A stretch of 63,227 nucleotides of DNA, counting the filler, from Collodictyon triciliatum (taxonomy: Eukaryota): assembly GCA_043381765.1 (NCBI GenBank). It is 11 parts of 11 records of this genome, joined end to end, with 100 filler letters (N's around TTAATTAATTAA, not from the genome) between each part and the next. Parts side by side here need not be neighbours in the genome. Positions count along the whole stretch, not along the records: positions 11,524 to 17,183 come from JBHJMP010005037.1; positions 17,284 to 22,940 come from JBHJMP010005038.1; positions 23,041 to 28,696 come from JBHJMP010005039.1; positions 28,797 to 34,452 come from JBHJMP010005040.1; 7 more parts are not named here. One strand, given 5' to 3'. The translations under genes and the position numbers were made by a program. Below, in pieces: positions 13,575-29,108 of the stretch. The first letter of the stretch is position 1. Each line of letters opens with the position of its first letter. The notes beneath the pieces are model-generated. The model saw nothing but the letters and a program-made list of their open reading frames with translations. It searched no databases and was not told the DNA's origin.

Positions 13575-15179
13575 ATGAGTGAAATTGAGAACAGTCATTT
13601 ACATGAGATATCTGTCTTTGATCAAAGGTATATCTTGGGCTCGTCTATTGATTGAAAGCTACTTTAATTCACAATATTTTAAATATTCATGGTAAAATAT
13701 TGTAGGGTTCGAGAGCAAATGGACGAGTTAAGGCAGACACTTGAAGAACATCTATCAAAATTGAAGGTGCGTAACAAATAGCAATATCTGTAGTTATTTT
13801 CTTTCTTTGTGTAATATGTATAAACCCTTCAATTTTTGAACGCTTATAGAACGAGTATATTGCCGTGATTGATGACCTTAAAAGCAAGAAAGACGCACCT
13901 ATCGAGGCTCCAAAATTTTCTTCTCAAGTGATTGTATTTCGAATGCAGCAGACAGCTTACTCAAAGCAGCAAAAGTAGATCAAATGAATAATCCATTAAT
14001 CATCACAACATAATAATCCAATCAAACGTCGATGTTTATTTTTTTTTTGTTTTATATTTCTAATACACTTTTCAAACCTTCAATTTAAATGCATAGTTTT
14101 GTAGCTGCCCAAAAAGCTAAGGAAAAAGCTGACGCTCTGGTTTGTTACTATGATATTTTCTTATTTTATTTTTCTTTTCTTATTGTTTTCTGTAGATTTA
14201 TTGGAAAAGAATAATATGTACCATATTTTTCCTATGCATAGACTGATGCATTTACATAGAAGCCACTGGATTAATACCATTAATTGAAAATTAACTCTTA
14301 GGAGTACAATGAATTGTGCCAGATGAAGCAGCGGAAAGAGACATACTGCAGCGAAAAAATAGACAGAGCAACTTTTATATATCAGTTAGGGTTTGATGAT
14401 CAATATTTAAACCTCCTTCAATTGCTGAAATGATTATTCCTCTTCTACTAAGGTACTGGATATTGATTATTGTGACGGCATATAGACTCTTGTCCAAATT
14501 CTAACACCAATCACGCAAAACTAGAGAAAAAGTAAAACAATCCAAAACAAAATTCCAATATGAGGCTATGTCTCTACTTGGCAGAGGCAACAGGCAGAAG
14601 CAAATGTCAGAAGTTACACTCAACTTGCAGTTTTTTTTTGATTTTTTTTTGATTTTTTGGAATTCATATAGTAGGCCTGTTATATACGAATCTATGCTGA
14701 ATTACGCACATTCAAATATGTAGAATACTTCAAAGGCACAATCGGAGGAAGGAGCTATTGGCAAAATTATTTTCTGAAGATTTGAAGGTTCTGTCCACAA
14801 AAAGAATCAACGGGCAAGTGCCTACAGAACTATTCCAAGATATGTTTCTGTTGCAAACACAAAGCCTCAGCTCAGTGGTATGTTTATTGGATTCCTTACA
14901 AATATGAAGAAATATGAGTATGATAAGATAATTAGTTTTCTTCTTAGTCACTCTCCAGATTACCTAGTCCAGAGTTGCCCCAGACAAATACATCATCTAG
15001 AAGGTTTTCTTATGTTTTACGACCCAATTTCATACTAAAAAATATGATAATTTAAGGTATCAGAACCTAGAGTTTATTTTTACAACGTACCTAGTAAATC
15101 ACATGCGACGATCACTTTATCCAAATCTACGAAACAATACCTTCAAAGTAGAGTGTCGCAGCCAAGAAGTTCTTCGTAA
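13575..15179 (+). CDS. Hypothetical coiled-coil protein, multi-exon
   Basis: ATG 13575 MSEIENSHLHEISVFDQR|gt, then VREQMDELRQTLEEHLSKLK, NEYIAVIDDLKSKK, ILQRHNRRKELLAKLFSEDLK; GT-AG bounded exons; no family recognised. Confidence 0.5.
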
Positions 15180-15409
15180 TTACTATGTATTTTCCTGGAG
15201 GAATTAGATGGCTGCGACTGAATGCGAAATGAAATTGATTGTATGCATTCCACAGCTGGCTTTTGGAAGGAATGATTTTTTTAATACACAAAAGCTTTTC
15301 ATCTTTATGTATTCTCTTTGAATAACTCATATATATCTAGTCATAGTTCATTCATTAACATTTTTCATTTTGAATAAACCAAATAATTCTGGACTTTTAA
15401 TCATATATT

Positions 15410-16500
15410 CATGAGAACGGAGCATTTTGAAAACTGCTATTCTTGAAACCCAATATCGCTACCTTTGCTCGTTCACTTGTCTGAAATAACCCATGGCATT
15501 TATTTCAATTCCGTATTTTCTGTCAAAATGATGTGAAACAACGTATTTATTCCCATCCGACGCGACGAAAATAATTTTAGTATAATAAGGCAGGAAAATC
15601 AATTATCAGAACTGCATTTCGATAAGCTGTACATTTTGAAGTCATTAATGTTCCCACAATATCTTACCACTTCGCTCATCGCTTTTGTGGAATTGCATGC
15701 TCGCAGATATTATCAACATTAATTTCTCCTGCTATAAATATCTAGTAGTGGCCGATCTCACACTCACGCTTTAATTATGCTAAATGACACCAAACTCCTT
15801 TGTCGTGATTACAATAATTAGGAAGGATTAGTCCTAAAATGTTAATAATTCGTTTGCTTGTCATTTTATTTTGTAATATGCTTGCATATATTGATACAAT
15901 AACACGATGAAACCCACAAGTGATGCGCACATAGTCTAATTCTTGCATGCGCACGAAATGGCAGGTTAACAGGCATTTCACGACACACACCACAAAACGA
16001 GTTACAAGCAAAATAATATCGCCTTCCTATCAGTGCACCGGTGCTTTCGCGTTCCGGACGGATTGTAAACAGGACAGTTGTGTTAGTTAACACATTTAGG
16101 AATCCATGTACTGAACCCCTATACGTCTTAAGAAACTTTGTGAAGTCTTCTAAAGGCAACCAAGATTATGGCTTAACAACGAAGCATTGAAGATTTTTGA
16201 AACGTAGGCGCAAGGATTTCAAGATTTAAGGGCATTCACCTCTATGACCCTGACAGTGTGAATATTCCAAATTTGAAATTGCAACACACGAACAGACAAA
16301 TAATTCGTCTAATTTGTACTTTATTGGAAATTAAATCATCTTTATACAGTCTATTTCTTGACATATTCACTTGAAAAGCAAAACATTCTGCAACTTTCTA
16401 CCTGTACTTTCGTTTGACAAGGCGCCAAGTGAGAAGAGAAAACCAAACCTTCGGGATTCACAGACTCGAATGTCACTGCAAAGGTACATAACACCAGAGA
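15410..16500 (-). CDS. Probable multi-exon hypothetical gene
   Basis: Open exon-like segments (PLEDFTKFLKTYRGSVHGFLNVLTNTTVLFTIRPERES; KLMLIISASMQFHKSDERS|gtaag); boundaries and product unresolved. Confidence 0.3.
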
Positions 16501-17049
16501 AACCCAGCAATGTCACCCAACCACCACAGAAATAGAAGGCCGGAAAGAAAAAAAACGCAACGAGAGAATGATCCAGAGACACAACGCAGCTTTCAGAAAC
16601 GCGCAAGAGCGACCCAACGAGTGGTTTGTAGCGGAGGATAAGGTGTGGATGTCGAGGGACGAGGAAATGCTAAGTCTGGAGGCCATTGCTCATGCGGATG
16701 TGTCATTGAGGCAAGTGCCAGCCAGAACCCAGAGCGAGCTAGAGGGGGAGGGAAACTTGTGAAGCGCTATCGATCGAATTGAAATTCGGGGTGTGCGCTG
16801 GCAGCACTGTCGTCAGGCCGCAAGAAACGTGCGTGTGTTGTCCTTGATGAGTCTGACTCACCTGTCTTCAGTTCCACTCATATATATAAAATACTCCTGG
16901 ACGCTGCGGCCTAACGCATTATTCTCTTCTTCTTCAATATGTATCCTGTTTATCTATTTATTTATCTCCTCTAATGGCCTTCAGTTTGGTAGACATTTGT
17001 TTCGTATGTTCAAGATCACATCCGATGGGATTTTGGTTGTCCCTTGATG

Positions 17050-17183
17050 TTTCTATTGTTTCTATGGTTTCTATGGTTTCTATGGTTTCTATGGTTTCTA
17101 TGGTTTCTATGGTTTCTATGGTTTCTATGGTTTCTATGGTTTCTATGGTTTCTATGGTTTCTATGGTTTCTTATGTTCTTTCT
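17050..17183 (+). repeat. (ATGGTTTCT)n 9-bp minisatellite
   Basis: About 12 tandem copies at the contig end. Confidence 0.9.
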
Positions 17184-17860
17184 NNNNNNNNNNNNNNNNN
17201 NNNNNNNNNNNNNNNNNNNNNNNNNNNTTAATTAATTAANNNNNNNNNNNNNNNNNNNNNNNNNNNNNNNNNNNNNNNNNNNNGTCAAGCGCTACTTCCG
17301 ATAATACCAGACAAACAACGATGTATCGCTTTTTGTCTGAGTCGCCCAGCAAGAAACGCAAGGAAAGTGACCCGTTGTCCCCTCAAAAGACTCACCCTGT
17401 GGAATGAAATAAGATGTAAACCTTGTCTGAGATAGACGGATGAAAGGACTCTTCGGAATCGATTCGATAAGAAACAGCCATGTGCGTACTTTCATCGACC
17501 CGACAACTCTACCCGCTCTTTTACAAGTCTCGAATACAACCAGAAATCGCTTTGGAGCTGATTCACTTCGTGTAGAATAGTCTGCGAGTGAGAACACTTT
17601 CTATCCTTTCTCCTTTATATTATTTTCTTTTTCTTTTTCTTTCTTTCCACCCAAAACACAAAACCTCCAACCACACAATCCGGGGTTTACCACTGTCTCG
17701 TCCACAGCTCATTTTTGTCCTAGAGGCGAAGGCGGTTTCCTCGGCTTTGTTTTCTCCCAATAAACTGCAGAAATAAAAGAAAAAAAAACAACCCAAAAAA
17801 CTCTTCGCAGGCTAGGATTTACTCGACAAGGGCAGCCACACAAAGCCGAGGCTGCCGACG

Positions 17861-20800
17861 ATGGAGAAGACCGCAGCCAAGCAAGCAAACCACGGGGCAG
17901 AACTCGCAGCAGGACTTTCCTCTGCGACAGACTTTGAGCAACTCTGCGACACACTTTCTCAGATTCGAGTTGCGGCACTTTCCACAACACCGGTGTTGTT
18001 TGCGCGCTTTGTGGATGCGACACAGTCTCCGACTCTGTCTCGAGACTCACACGCAGACTCCAAGACTTTTGCTGCGCCCCTGACTGACTCGCGGCCGTCC
18101 ATCGCCTCTGCGATTCTATGCGACGTGACGGTGAACTGGCGCGCGAGAATGACTCGCTCCTTGCAAAACCGCCTTATTCTCGCGCCTTTTCTCGTGGTGC
18201 CGTCGCGCTCGGCTTTTCTCTCGCTGGCCTCCGTCTTTCGGTCTGTAGAGTCGGCGCGTTCGGAGGAGATTCTGAAGGCTGCGGTCGATGTTGTTCGTGG
18301 CAGTGAAGAGAGCCGCGCTTTGTTGCTTCACGCGACTGGTATTTTACAGAGGGTGTTTCTGGAGGATGAGATCCGGCCAGCCGTGGAGGACGCGTCTTTG
18401 GTGGAGTCAGAGACTCTTGTGTTGGGAAAAAGTCGGTTTGTTGAGCTCTTTGCAGAGTTTATCGAGGCCAGTGCTCGAAATGAGGTGATTGTTGGGGCTT
18501 TTTTTCTTTTGGTTTGATATATTGCATCTAATTTCATACCGTCCTATCTTCTTCTTCTTTTTAAAATCTGTATAGAATGAACGCCAAAAGGCAGATTTCG
18601 AGCGTGTCTTTAACATCGTGCTTTCGCTTCCGGACAGAGCCGCAGCCGCATTTTTGGGTCAAATACCAGATGGGTTTCTGCTTTCTGTCGGGTAGAATTC
18701 AACTGTTTTTTTTTTTTGACTCCATCTTACGAAAAATAAAATTATTTACCTTATCAAATGAATAGTCATTTATGATGGTTTAAACCGTGCTGAAATAACC
18801 AAAAAGATTGTACATTCCGCGAGTTGTCCGCTCGGTTCTCGTTGCCGTACAATTGATGCACCGAAGGTTTCCTGACTGCAGCATTAAGTTTGCCAGTGAC
18901 ATCCTGTCTCGATTGATTCGTCTGGGACACGCATGTTCTGATTCATTCCCAAAATCATCATTTTTTTTTTTGAATTTCTTACCGCCCATCGCTTCTTTAT
19001 CTCGAAATATGAAAAGCTTAAAGACCATGTCATATGTCATCCTATTATTTAATGGTAACTCTAAGGGATATTATCATCTTTAGACCATATTGGCAATGAG
19101 CTGCAGGTCTTTCTGAGCTCAGATATTTCGAATAATCAGCCTATTATCCACTCAATAATATGGGGATTCTCTATTGCTGGAATCGAAAACTTGGTCGATG
19201 CAGTTATATCAGGATTTCAAAAACCTTCCAGTAAAACTGAAATTCAGTTCATCCTGCTTATCATAATATCCACCGAAACTCTTGTTTTCTGTCCATCAAT
19301 TTTCGTTTGTTTTGATTTCAAGAAATTCCGTTAGTAAGTCTTGATGTTTGAATCTAATCCGCTTAATTTTTTAAACATATAACCATTAGGTGCATCCAAC
19401 ATATTACAAAGTCTGTTGTTGGTGCCAAAAGAAAACAGTTCGAAAACCATCCAGGATTCCATAAAGAGGTGCTTGACAAATCATTTTCTTTTAAAAAAGC
19501 CGAGGCACATGTTTTTTCTGGAAACGCTGATTGAACTGTTGAGTTTTCACCATGAGAAAGGTACCTTTCAAAGAGAGAATGTTCAATCGCATGATTAAAA
19601 TTTGTATGATTGAGATAAACCGCTCAAGGGCCAAAAATTTTACAATAATTTTACAATAATTTTACAATTTAGTTTCATCTGTACTGCCACAAAGTTCTTA
19701 CCTGTTGTGTGCTCTTGTGAATATACTGGATGTCTGGGGTGATAGCATGTTTGTGAAACAAGCACCGCTTGGGCTTCAAATATGTAATATAATCGGGCTA
19801 ATTTATTGAAGCACATCATATTAACATCGAGTCTATTAAACACTATAACGTTTTTAATGCATTTTATACCATATTAGATGTGACCAAAGCACTCCATTTA
19901 TGTATCAAGCGCTTATCTATCCGAGAGTTAGAGCTTCCTATCATCCTACCTAAACTTCTCCAAGGGATACAACTACACATAGACCACCCCATTCCTGAAT
20001 TTAGGAAACAAGGATTTGTAAGTAATCCCTCAACGTATTCTTCTATCAAAATAAGAAAAGAAAAGGATCGGTTGATATAATCATGCATGCCGAGATACAT
20101 TTGCTTTTCGCTGCCCAAAACATAAAACTATATACCATAATATATTACAAGTATAAACATATCAATAGCCTTTACTTGGTGGCAGTGCAGCTCTACTCAC
20201 AGTAAATCTTTACATTTTCACATCAAAGGCAACTGCAGAAATTTATTCCAAGGTTTTAGATCCGTCAAATCCCCTGAAGCTTCTTTCAGAAGACGAATCA
20301 ATCGAAGAACAGATTATAGAAGAGTTATCACCTCAGTTGACAGAGTCTGAAGTATCAAAAATTATCTCAAATGACTCTTTGGAGAAGAAGGAAACACAGC
20401 TAGGTTTACTTAATTTTTTTTATTTATACATTATAGACTTTGAGAAACAATTTAAATTTTTGATGTTGAATTGCTATGCATTTTTTTCCATTTTTTTTTA
20501 AAAAAGTCTTTTCTTGGAATCACAGTCGACGACCCCGATAGACTTGTGTTCAACCAGAGAAATAATGACGACACCCAAAGCAGCAGCTCTGACTCCGATA
20601 GTGACGACAGCTTCGTTCCGTACGATTTGAAAGATGACCCAAAGAGTGGAAACACAAAAAAGTTTCCAAAATATCCTTTTACTTTACTTTGGGTTTTAGT
20701 CAATCGAAAGTAAAAATAAAGACTGTACCATTAGAGTAGTTTTCCTCCACATGAGTTGATACAACTGATTTTCATTTAACAAAATGAAACGTATCTGCGG

Positions 20801-22675
20801 ACTTGCTGGGAAAACTTACGCTCGCAAGACGCTGAACTTGTTGAGGGTGCTTTGGAAGTTGCTGAACAGCTTATTCGCAGCCTAACGGATGAATTAGGTT
20901 TTTCATCTATAAATTCTGTGTATATCTTTGTATATAGAACAATTCCAAAGATTTTTTTCAAAAAAAAAAAGCTTGATACTCGTCCTAAACTTTAAATATG
21001 TATGCAATTTTTTTTTTTAAAAAAACTTCAGATGAGCTCTGCATTCCGTTTTGTAAAAGTATGATGCATATCGAAAACGAATTCGGCTTGCCAGATTTTC
21101 AGGAACGAAGAAAAAGAATCCTTGTTGCTTTGACCGTGTCCTGTCCGTCGCAAGTAGCAAGGTAACATGCTTGATATATTATTTAGAATAAAAATAGGTG
21201 ATTTTATAATGGCTTGGTTATTGTCTTTTTTTTTTTAAAAAAAAAACATAGTTGCATAGGAACACTCCCTTTTTCACTTTCCTCATATTGTGACTAAAAT
21301 TTTGCTGAAATTAAGCTGTGCATTCGAGATAATTCACTGGTTTTTTTTAAAAAAATTCTTCAAATATGTTTCTTTTAACGATGGCTATCCAAAGGTTCTA
21401 TATGCACCAATTTTATGGGCGTGACTATGGAATTTCACACCGAATTCTGATACTTGAAGTGATTGAGTCATCCGCACAAGAAATTTCTAATATCCATGTG
21501 CGTTTTGATTTCACTTTGAAAATAGAAATACGTATGACAGAAATAACCAAATATTCATATATTTATTTTAGCGAAGCCGTCTAATACACCATTTCTTTAA
21601 TTTGTTACATTAAATTCAGCAGATGACCGAAATGAACAAACTCGCTGAAAATGAGGTTTCCATAAAACTCAATATGAATTTATGTGCATATGAAGTTTTT
21701 TTTTTTTTTTTTGCAAACTTTGAATCATCTATGCCAAAAAAGTAATAATAATAAAAAGAACATCTCCAAAAATTAAAATGTTCTAGAATGCTTCCAAAAT
21801 TGGCCCTCCCATCCAAAAAGTTGGTAGAAACACAAGAATTATACACAAGAAACCGAAGCCAGTCTATTATGCTCCAAATCCATTTCATAATCTAGCACCT
21901 TTGTTCTTCTATGGCCTTTTTGGAAATTACGATAAAACTCCAGCAGGGTGCGTTGTTAATAATACTGAATAGACATTCTGGTACATTAATGTGAAGATGA
22001 ATACATTTCGGTAGTCACCGATTAATAAACAAAAACAAAAATAAAAAATAAATCAAAATAAAAAAAATCAAACAAATCAAAATCAAAAACGGAAATCAAT
22101 CATTAGTAAAGTTTTCGACATGATGCATCACGACAGCATGGTTTTGGGCAGAATGGTCAGAACGCTTGGGTGCGTGGTTGAGTGCGCTGGAAACTCGCCT
22201 CATACACCAACCATGTGCCGCACGCTGTTAGATTTTCTATGGGTTCTGAGGTTGCAACAAACAGATGCTATTCCTTGTCCTTTCTTTCGTTTCCTTTTTT
22301 TTTTCCTTTTTTTCCTTTTTTTCCTTTTTTCCCTTTTTTTTGTTTCCTTTTTTTCTCCTTTTTTTCCTTTTTTTTCCTTTTTTTTCCTTTTTTTCCTTTT
22401 TTTTCCTTTTTTTTTCCTTTTTTTCCTTTTTTTTCCTTTTTTTTCCTTTTTTTTGAAAATCCATCAGCCTTACGTTACTTAATTGATGGACACGAGATTT
22501 AAATGCCAAGATTTGCTACTGAAGGGCCGTTTAAATTATGCAGATATCACCCACAGGCATTTGTACGACAAAATGTTCTCTTTGCTTTGTCTCGTGTATT
22601 GAATGTCCTATCCAGCGCCATATTGCTCGCTATTTTACAAGACGAAAAGGCTGAGCTGGTCGATTGGGTGAAAGG
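17861..22675 (+). CDS. TELO2: Telomere length regulation protein Tel2 homolog (TTT co-chaperone), 3' end truncated by contig end
   Basis: LLQGIQLHIDHPIPEFRKQG; acidic SSSSDSDSDDSFVPYDLKDD (CK2/PIH-binding DSDD-type motif); PKYLRTCWENL...ALEVAEQLIR; FQERRKRILVALTV; FYGRDYGISHRILILEVI; HPQAFVRQNVLFAL...LVDWVK. Confidence 0.88.
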
Positions 22676-22795
22676 TGTGTTTATATCATATATATATTAG
22701 ACAAGTTAATCATGCCACCAAATGACATGGCGATGATGATTGAGTTATCGCTTGGAGAAGATGTACAGTTTTTTTTAATTGATTGATTTGGTGGG

Positions 22796-22924
<129 letters not shown>

Positions 22925-23215
22925 GGCCTCGGCAAATACTNNNNNNNNNNNNNNNNNNNNNNNNNNNNNNNNNNNNNNNNNNNNTTAATTAATTAANNNN
23001 NNNNNNNNNNNNNNNNNNNNNNNNNNNNNNNNNNNNNNNNTTCCGTTTTTTTTTTCCGTTTTTTGTTTTGTTTAGGTTTGTTTTGTGAAAACTCCAGTTA
23101 TTTTTCTAAAGCTTTATTAGTTTTGCTATCAAAATTAAGAGGAAGACAGTAAAGGGGACGGAGGTAGGGATGACATATATACGAAAATAGCTGTCTATGT
23201 ACCAGCGGCGACTGG

Positions 23216-24791
23216 CTAATTAAGCAATGCTGCGAATGACATCTTGTAAATCTTTGCGGGTCCTTTTTCGCTTGTTGGTGTGATCTTTGAGTCGGGCAAC
23301 GTGCATCTTGAGTCGCTCTGAGTAGGAGGGGAGGTGTCTCCAGGTATCGGCTTTGAAGCATCCTCGGTCTGCTGCGAAGAAGATGAATATGTGTATGTGG
23401 AGTTTGAATCGCTGGAGGCAGCCGACGGGTTGTGATGCGGATTTGCGGCTTGGCTCTCTTCGTATTGGAGAAACTTGTTCAGAGCGTAAATGGACTCATT
23501 AGCCATGCGGTCGTCTGGGAGGCTGGAATATGTGTCCGAGGTCGCTCTGGAATGATACCCTCGAACTGATGCGGCCAGACTAGATGTTTTGCTGGTGACG
23601 GGCCATGGAAGAGGCTCTGTTTGGTAGAGGGTGTTTTAAGTCAGTGGCATTGAGGATATGATTGTGTGTGAGAGAGTGAACGTTCTAGATGCTTTGTAAG
23701 TTTTAAAAAAAAAAATAATTCAAATATGCGCTTTATGGTGAAAGAGATATTCTGAAGTCACCTGGATATATTCGCGCGTGGCCAACTCCATCAGAACTTC
23801 CCATACTGGTTTGACCATATTTATTCCCTTCAGGTACGCAACCCGTTGCTTCTCTGGAGTTATTCTGCAGCGCATGCGGTGTTGTGCTGTGTGTTCTGTC
23901 GAGTGCATTGGAGCCAGAATTTGAGGAACCCAAATGACGTGATGCTCGAGAAGATGAGTATATTTGGTAGAGTATTTCAATGGCCTCCATGGACTCCATC
24001 TTGACGTGATGAGCAGCGAATGCACGACCATATTCACGACTCGTGGGTTGAAGTGGGTGAGTCGTAGAATCTCCGTAGTTGCGCTGCGCCTCTTTGACGC
24101 TTTTTCCGTCGGAGTCTTCTTCAGATTCAACGTCCAGAGTGATGGGATTTACTCCCAATCTACCTGTATGTGGCGCAGTCGCGGCTTTGGCCGGGCACAG
24201 TCGCTTCTTGGATCTTGTATTGCCATCATATTGATGTCTCTGGAACCATCGAGAGCGACATTGGATGTCGGTTCTGCCTGGGATTTCGCGGGACACAGCT
24301 GTCCACGCAGTCGGGCCGTATTGCGCAACGGCACTTTCCAGCAGAACGTCTTCTTCTGGGGTCCACGCGCCTTTGCGAATAGAAGGACACAGAACCCGGC
24401 CCCAGCGTTGAAAGCACTGATCCGAGTCTCTGGGCGGGCCGACCTTGCGCTCGGTCAGGGAGTCTGCAACTTTGCGCCAATTGATGCTCTTTCGGTGGTG
24501 GATGTCGATGACAGTTGGCCTCACCAAAGCAGTAGCGAGCCGGGACTGATCGGTGGCATCTCCGAGGATGACGGGTTTAATTAGGGAATCATACTTGAAT
24601 ACCTCTTTAGAGTGCACACATTCCAGCAAAGCCTTGTCCTCGTCGGGAGTCCACGATGTCACACGGCCTCGATTACGTCTCATACTGATACTTTGAGTAT
24701 CTTCTGTTATACTGATGGCTGTATCTCGCTTTAGTGTTCCCATACTCATCTGGTGTAAAGTTTGGTTAGAGAATATACGGTCATCTTTCAT
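23216..24791 (-). CDS. Myb-domain transcription factor (two repeats, R2R3-like), 2 exons (24791-23762, 23626-23216)
   Basis: WTPDEDKALL...INWRKVADSL...RDSDQCFQRW and KGAWTPEEDVLL...WTAVSREIPGRTDIQCRSRW; the intron gtgact...aaacag joins in frame to the 23216..23506 ORF. Confidence 0.9.
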
Positions 24792-27319
24792 TTTTTTACA
24801 GACTTTGTGAATTGGGTGGGATCAAAACAGTCCTTGTAATATCAATTCTTTTTCTCCTTGATGAATATCCTCATACCTCTGCTAGTTGAATCCAATTTGA
24901 AGATATCCCAGTGCTTTGGCTTAAGTTGCGCTTGGCTTATATTGACTACGTCTTTGGTAAAGAGAAAGGATGAAGTGAGATTTTGTGGTGTTAAATGTTA
25001 TAATCACAGCACTTGAGACCCTTATTTAACTTTGAATGAGTCATGAAAATCAAATTGGCAGCGAACTGCAAGAGAACCACGATTCGGCTCTATATGGTTC
25101 AGGATTCGTGTAGACAATCACACACCCGCATTTTCTGTATTTTGAACTGCTAAAATCTTATTCCATTATGGTGATGAATACAAATATAAGAGTTCATTCT
25201 TGGATTGATGGACAGAATGCGAATTGGGTACATCGCACATGCTTCAGCCCGTTGTTGCATCGCAATTATTTCAAGGTTATATGGTGTAAAAAGGAGAAAA
25301 GATTGAATGCCCTTGTTTAAAGTAACCAATTTCACCTGTATGTGGGCGGTGGGAATTGAGAAGCTTTGTTGATCAAAGGAGAAAGTCGAATTCGAGTCTA
25401 TGTCACGATGGATTGCCTTGGTTTTTTCTTTTAATTCCCTTACGAACGAAAGACAGCATCAGGGGGTGGAGAATATAATACAAATATAAGACCCTTTCAA
25501 GCTGGCCATGCAACTAGCACAAATTGATAGAAACATCTTATGGATGTGTCTTTCGAAAAGGAATCAATGCTGGGATGTTTGTATTGAGTAGGCAGCATTG
25601 TCCTGTGATACATAGGCTCAACTCTAGTGGGGGTTGAAGTCGATGCTCGTGTGACAGGGCCATTTTTTGAAAGAATGCTGTTTCGTCCTGGCTTTCGAGT
25701 GTACAATGGTGTATCTGCCTGTGACATTTTTCATTACACATGTATTTAAGTTCACCACTCCTTTTTCTTTTTTTTCTATTATTATATACGGATTGTTTTC
25801 AGCCCAGCCACCACCTAGAAACTTTGTTCTAAATATAAAGATGCACTTACGCGCGCAGTCGCTTGCGGCTGGTTTGCTTGGTTGTTTGGGTGAATGCATT
25901 CCGCGCTATAAGTCAATCCGAATAAAAGCACAAACACAAAACGAGGCAAGGATGGGGGCAGGGGAAAAAAGCAACAAGAAAATTATTAAGGATCCAATTC
26001 CAATGACATATTAGTATGTTTCTGTCACCCCACGAATCGAACATGTTTTATTACTTTTCATATCACCTATTTCATTTGTCTTTTTTTTAGTCCCTGGCCG
26101 CATTTGATGATGTTCAGGAGTTTTTTCGTTTGTTTGTTTTGTTTTTGATTTGTTTTGTTTTGTTTTGTTTTGTTTTTTGTTGTTGTTTTTGTTTTTGTTT
26201 TTGTTTTTGTTGTGGTTAATTTTTCTTATGAGAAGGGATATTTATTTTTAGAATCAAAAGGCTATGCAGGAAGCTGAAACAGAAGAAAAATAATCATGAA
26301 GTAAAACGTTTTTTAAATACATTTTTTCATAGAAACCATCAAAATATGGGTGACGAACCACACATTGTGCGGCACGCGAAAAGTTCCTCTGCCGCCAGGA
26401 AATAGCTTGGGCGACTCCATCCGGGAAGCTGAAATATCCCGATTCCGGATTAAGATTTCTAAAAGTGGATTTTGAACCGAATTCGAAGAAAATATACTCA
26501 AATAGAAAATCCGTGGTCATTTGTTGGGAATTTTGCTTGTGTGCGCGAACCGCACGAGCTGCATTGCTGTGAAGCTGCCCAGAAAGTGCATGTCTTCGAC
26601 ACCCTAATCTACAAAACATGTGAATTTATATATTTTTATCATATGATATAGATATTGATATTAAAGAGTATTAAACTGGTAAAATTAGCAATATTTAGTT
26701 ATCTATTTCTAAAACTATATAAAATCCAAATGTGTAAATTAAACGCGGAAAATAATAACATTAATTATTATTTCTGTTAATTGTCGATATAATTCATTAT
26801 CATGTATTTTATATATAATTAAAAATATGAAAATGTGCTTTATAATCTTCTGGACTTCCTGGAAATCTACCGGGTGGCATTTGCGAGACCTTGTCAAATG
26901 AATCTCGCAGTAAAGCCACGTGAATGCTGCTGTGTTGATCAAAAACCTTTGAGGCATCTGGAGTTCTCGTGCCCAAAAGCACGCAAGGATTTACTGATCA
27001 AAATGGAGCTGCTGAAACTATTTCTCTGAGTGTTTGTGTGTGCCAGTCTTCACATACGCCAACCACCCTTTCTTGGTTTACTAATACTGCAGATATGTCA
27101 GCAAGACTGTTGGCTTCTGATATGGCTCTGCGCAGTCGCTTATTGAGCAATATTCTTTTCCTTATCTCAAGCGAGCACAGAAAACACCAATCACTTGCGA
27201 TTTACGCATCTTGTACTTTCAACCGCACTATAAAACAGTCGAAGATATTTTCTAGCTTCTGCGTCTTTGAAAAAGTTACCTGGCTAGGCAACAACTCGTA
27301 ACCTCTATAAACCCTTCTC

Positions 27320-27413
<94 letters not shown>

Positions 27414-27680
27414 TTCAAAAGAAAATTAGTCTTCAAATGGGGTTCTCTACATTTTATATATAAAAAATGCACGGGGAAAGGCAAAGCGTCCTATAAAGCT
27501 TCTGAAGTGCCCGATGAACTACCTTAATTATCCATTCATTTTGTCGCGGTTCTCCCCTTCAACGAAACTCGTCCTGGGATATCTCTTTCCTCTAAAGTAT
27601 TTCTCCCTCTGAACTAACACGATGTTATATCATTAAAGAAATCAGTTTACCTTTCCCTCCTGCTGACAAGAATTAAAACA

Positions 27681-28696
<1,016 letters not shown>

Positions 28697-29108
28697 NNNN
28701 NNNNNNNNNNNNNNNNNNNNNNNNNNNNNNNNNNNNNNNNTTAATTAATTAANNNNNNNNNNNNNNNNNNNNNNNNNNNNNNNNNNNNNNNNNNNNATGT
28801 TTTTTTATGTTTTTTATGTTTTTTTATGTTTTTTTATGTTTTTTTATGTTTTTTTATGTTTTTTTATGTTTTTTATGTTTTTGCTTTTTTTACAAAGTTC
28901 ATGGACAGTTGCTATTGTGAGTGGCAAATGAAAAGGGAAAAGCAAAGATTGCATACTATTTCTTCGGTTGTGTCATCATCAATCATGTTTTGGGTGAGCG
29001 GGTCAGTAGGAGCATTTTCCTAGGGAATTATGCAAGTTTAGTAGTATTCATGAGGAAGGCAGATGATTCGCGCATATTTTTCTTCGTTTTTTTTCTTCTT
29101 CATTTTGT

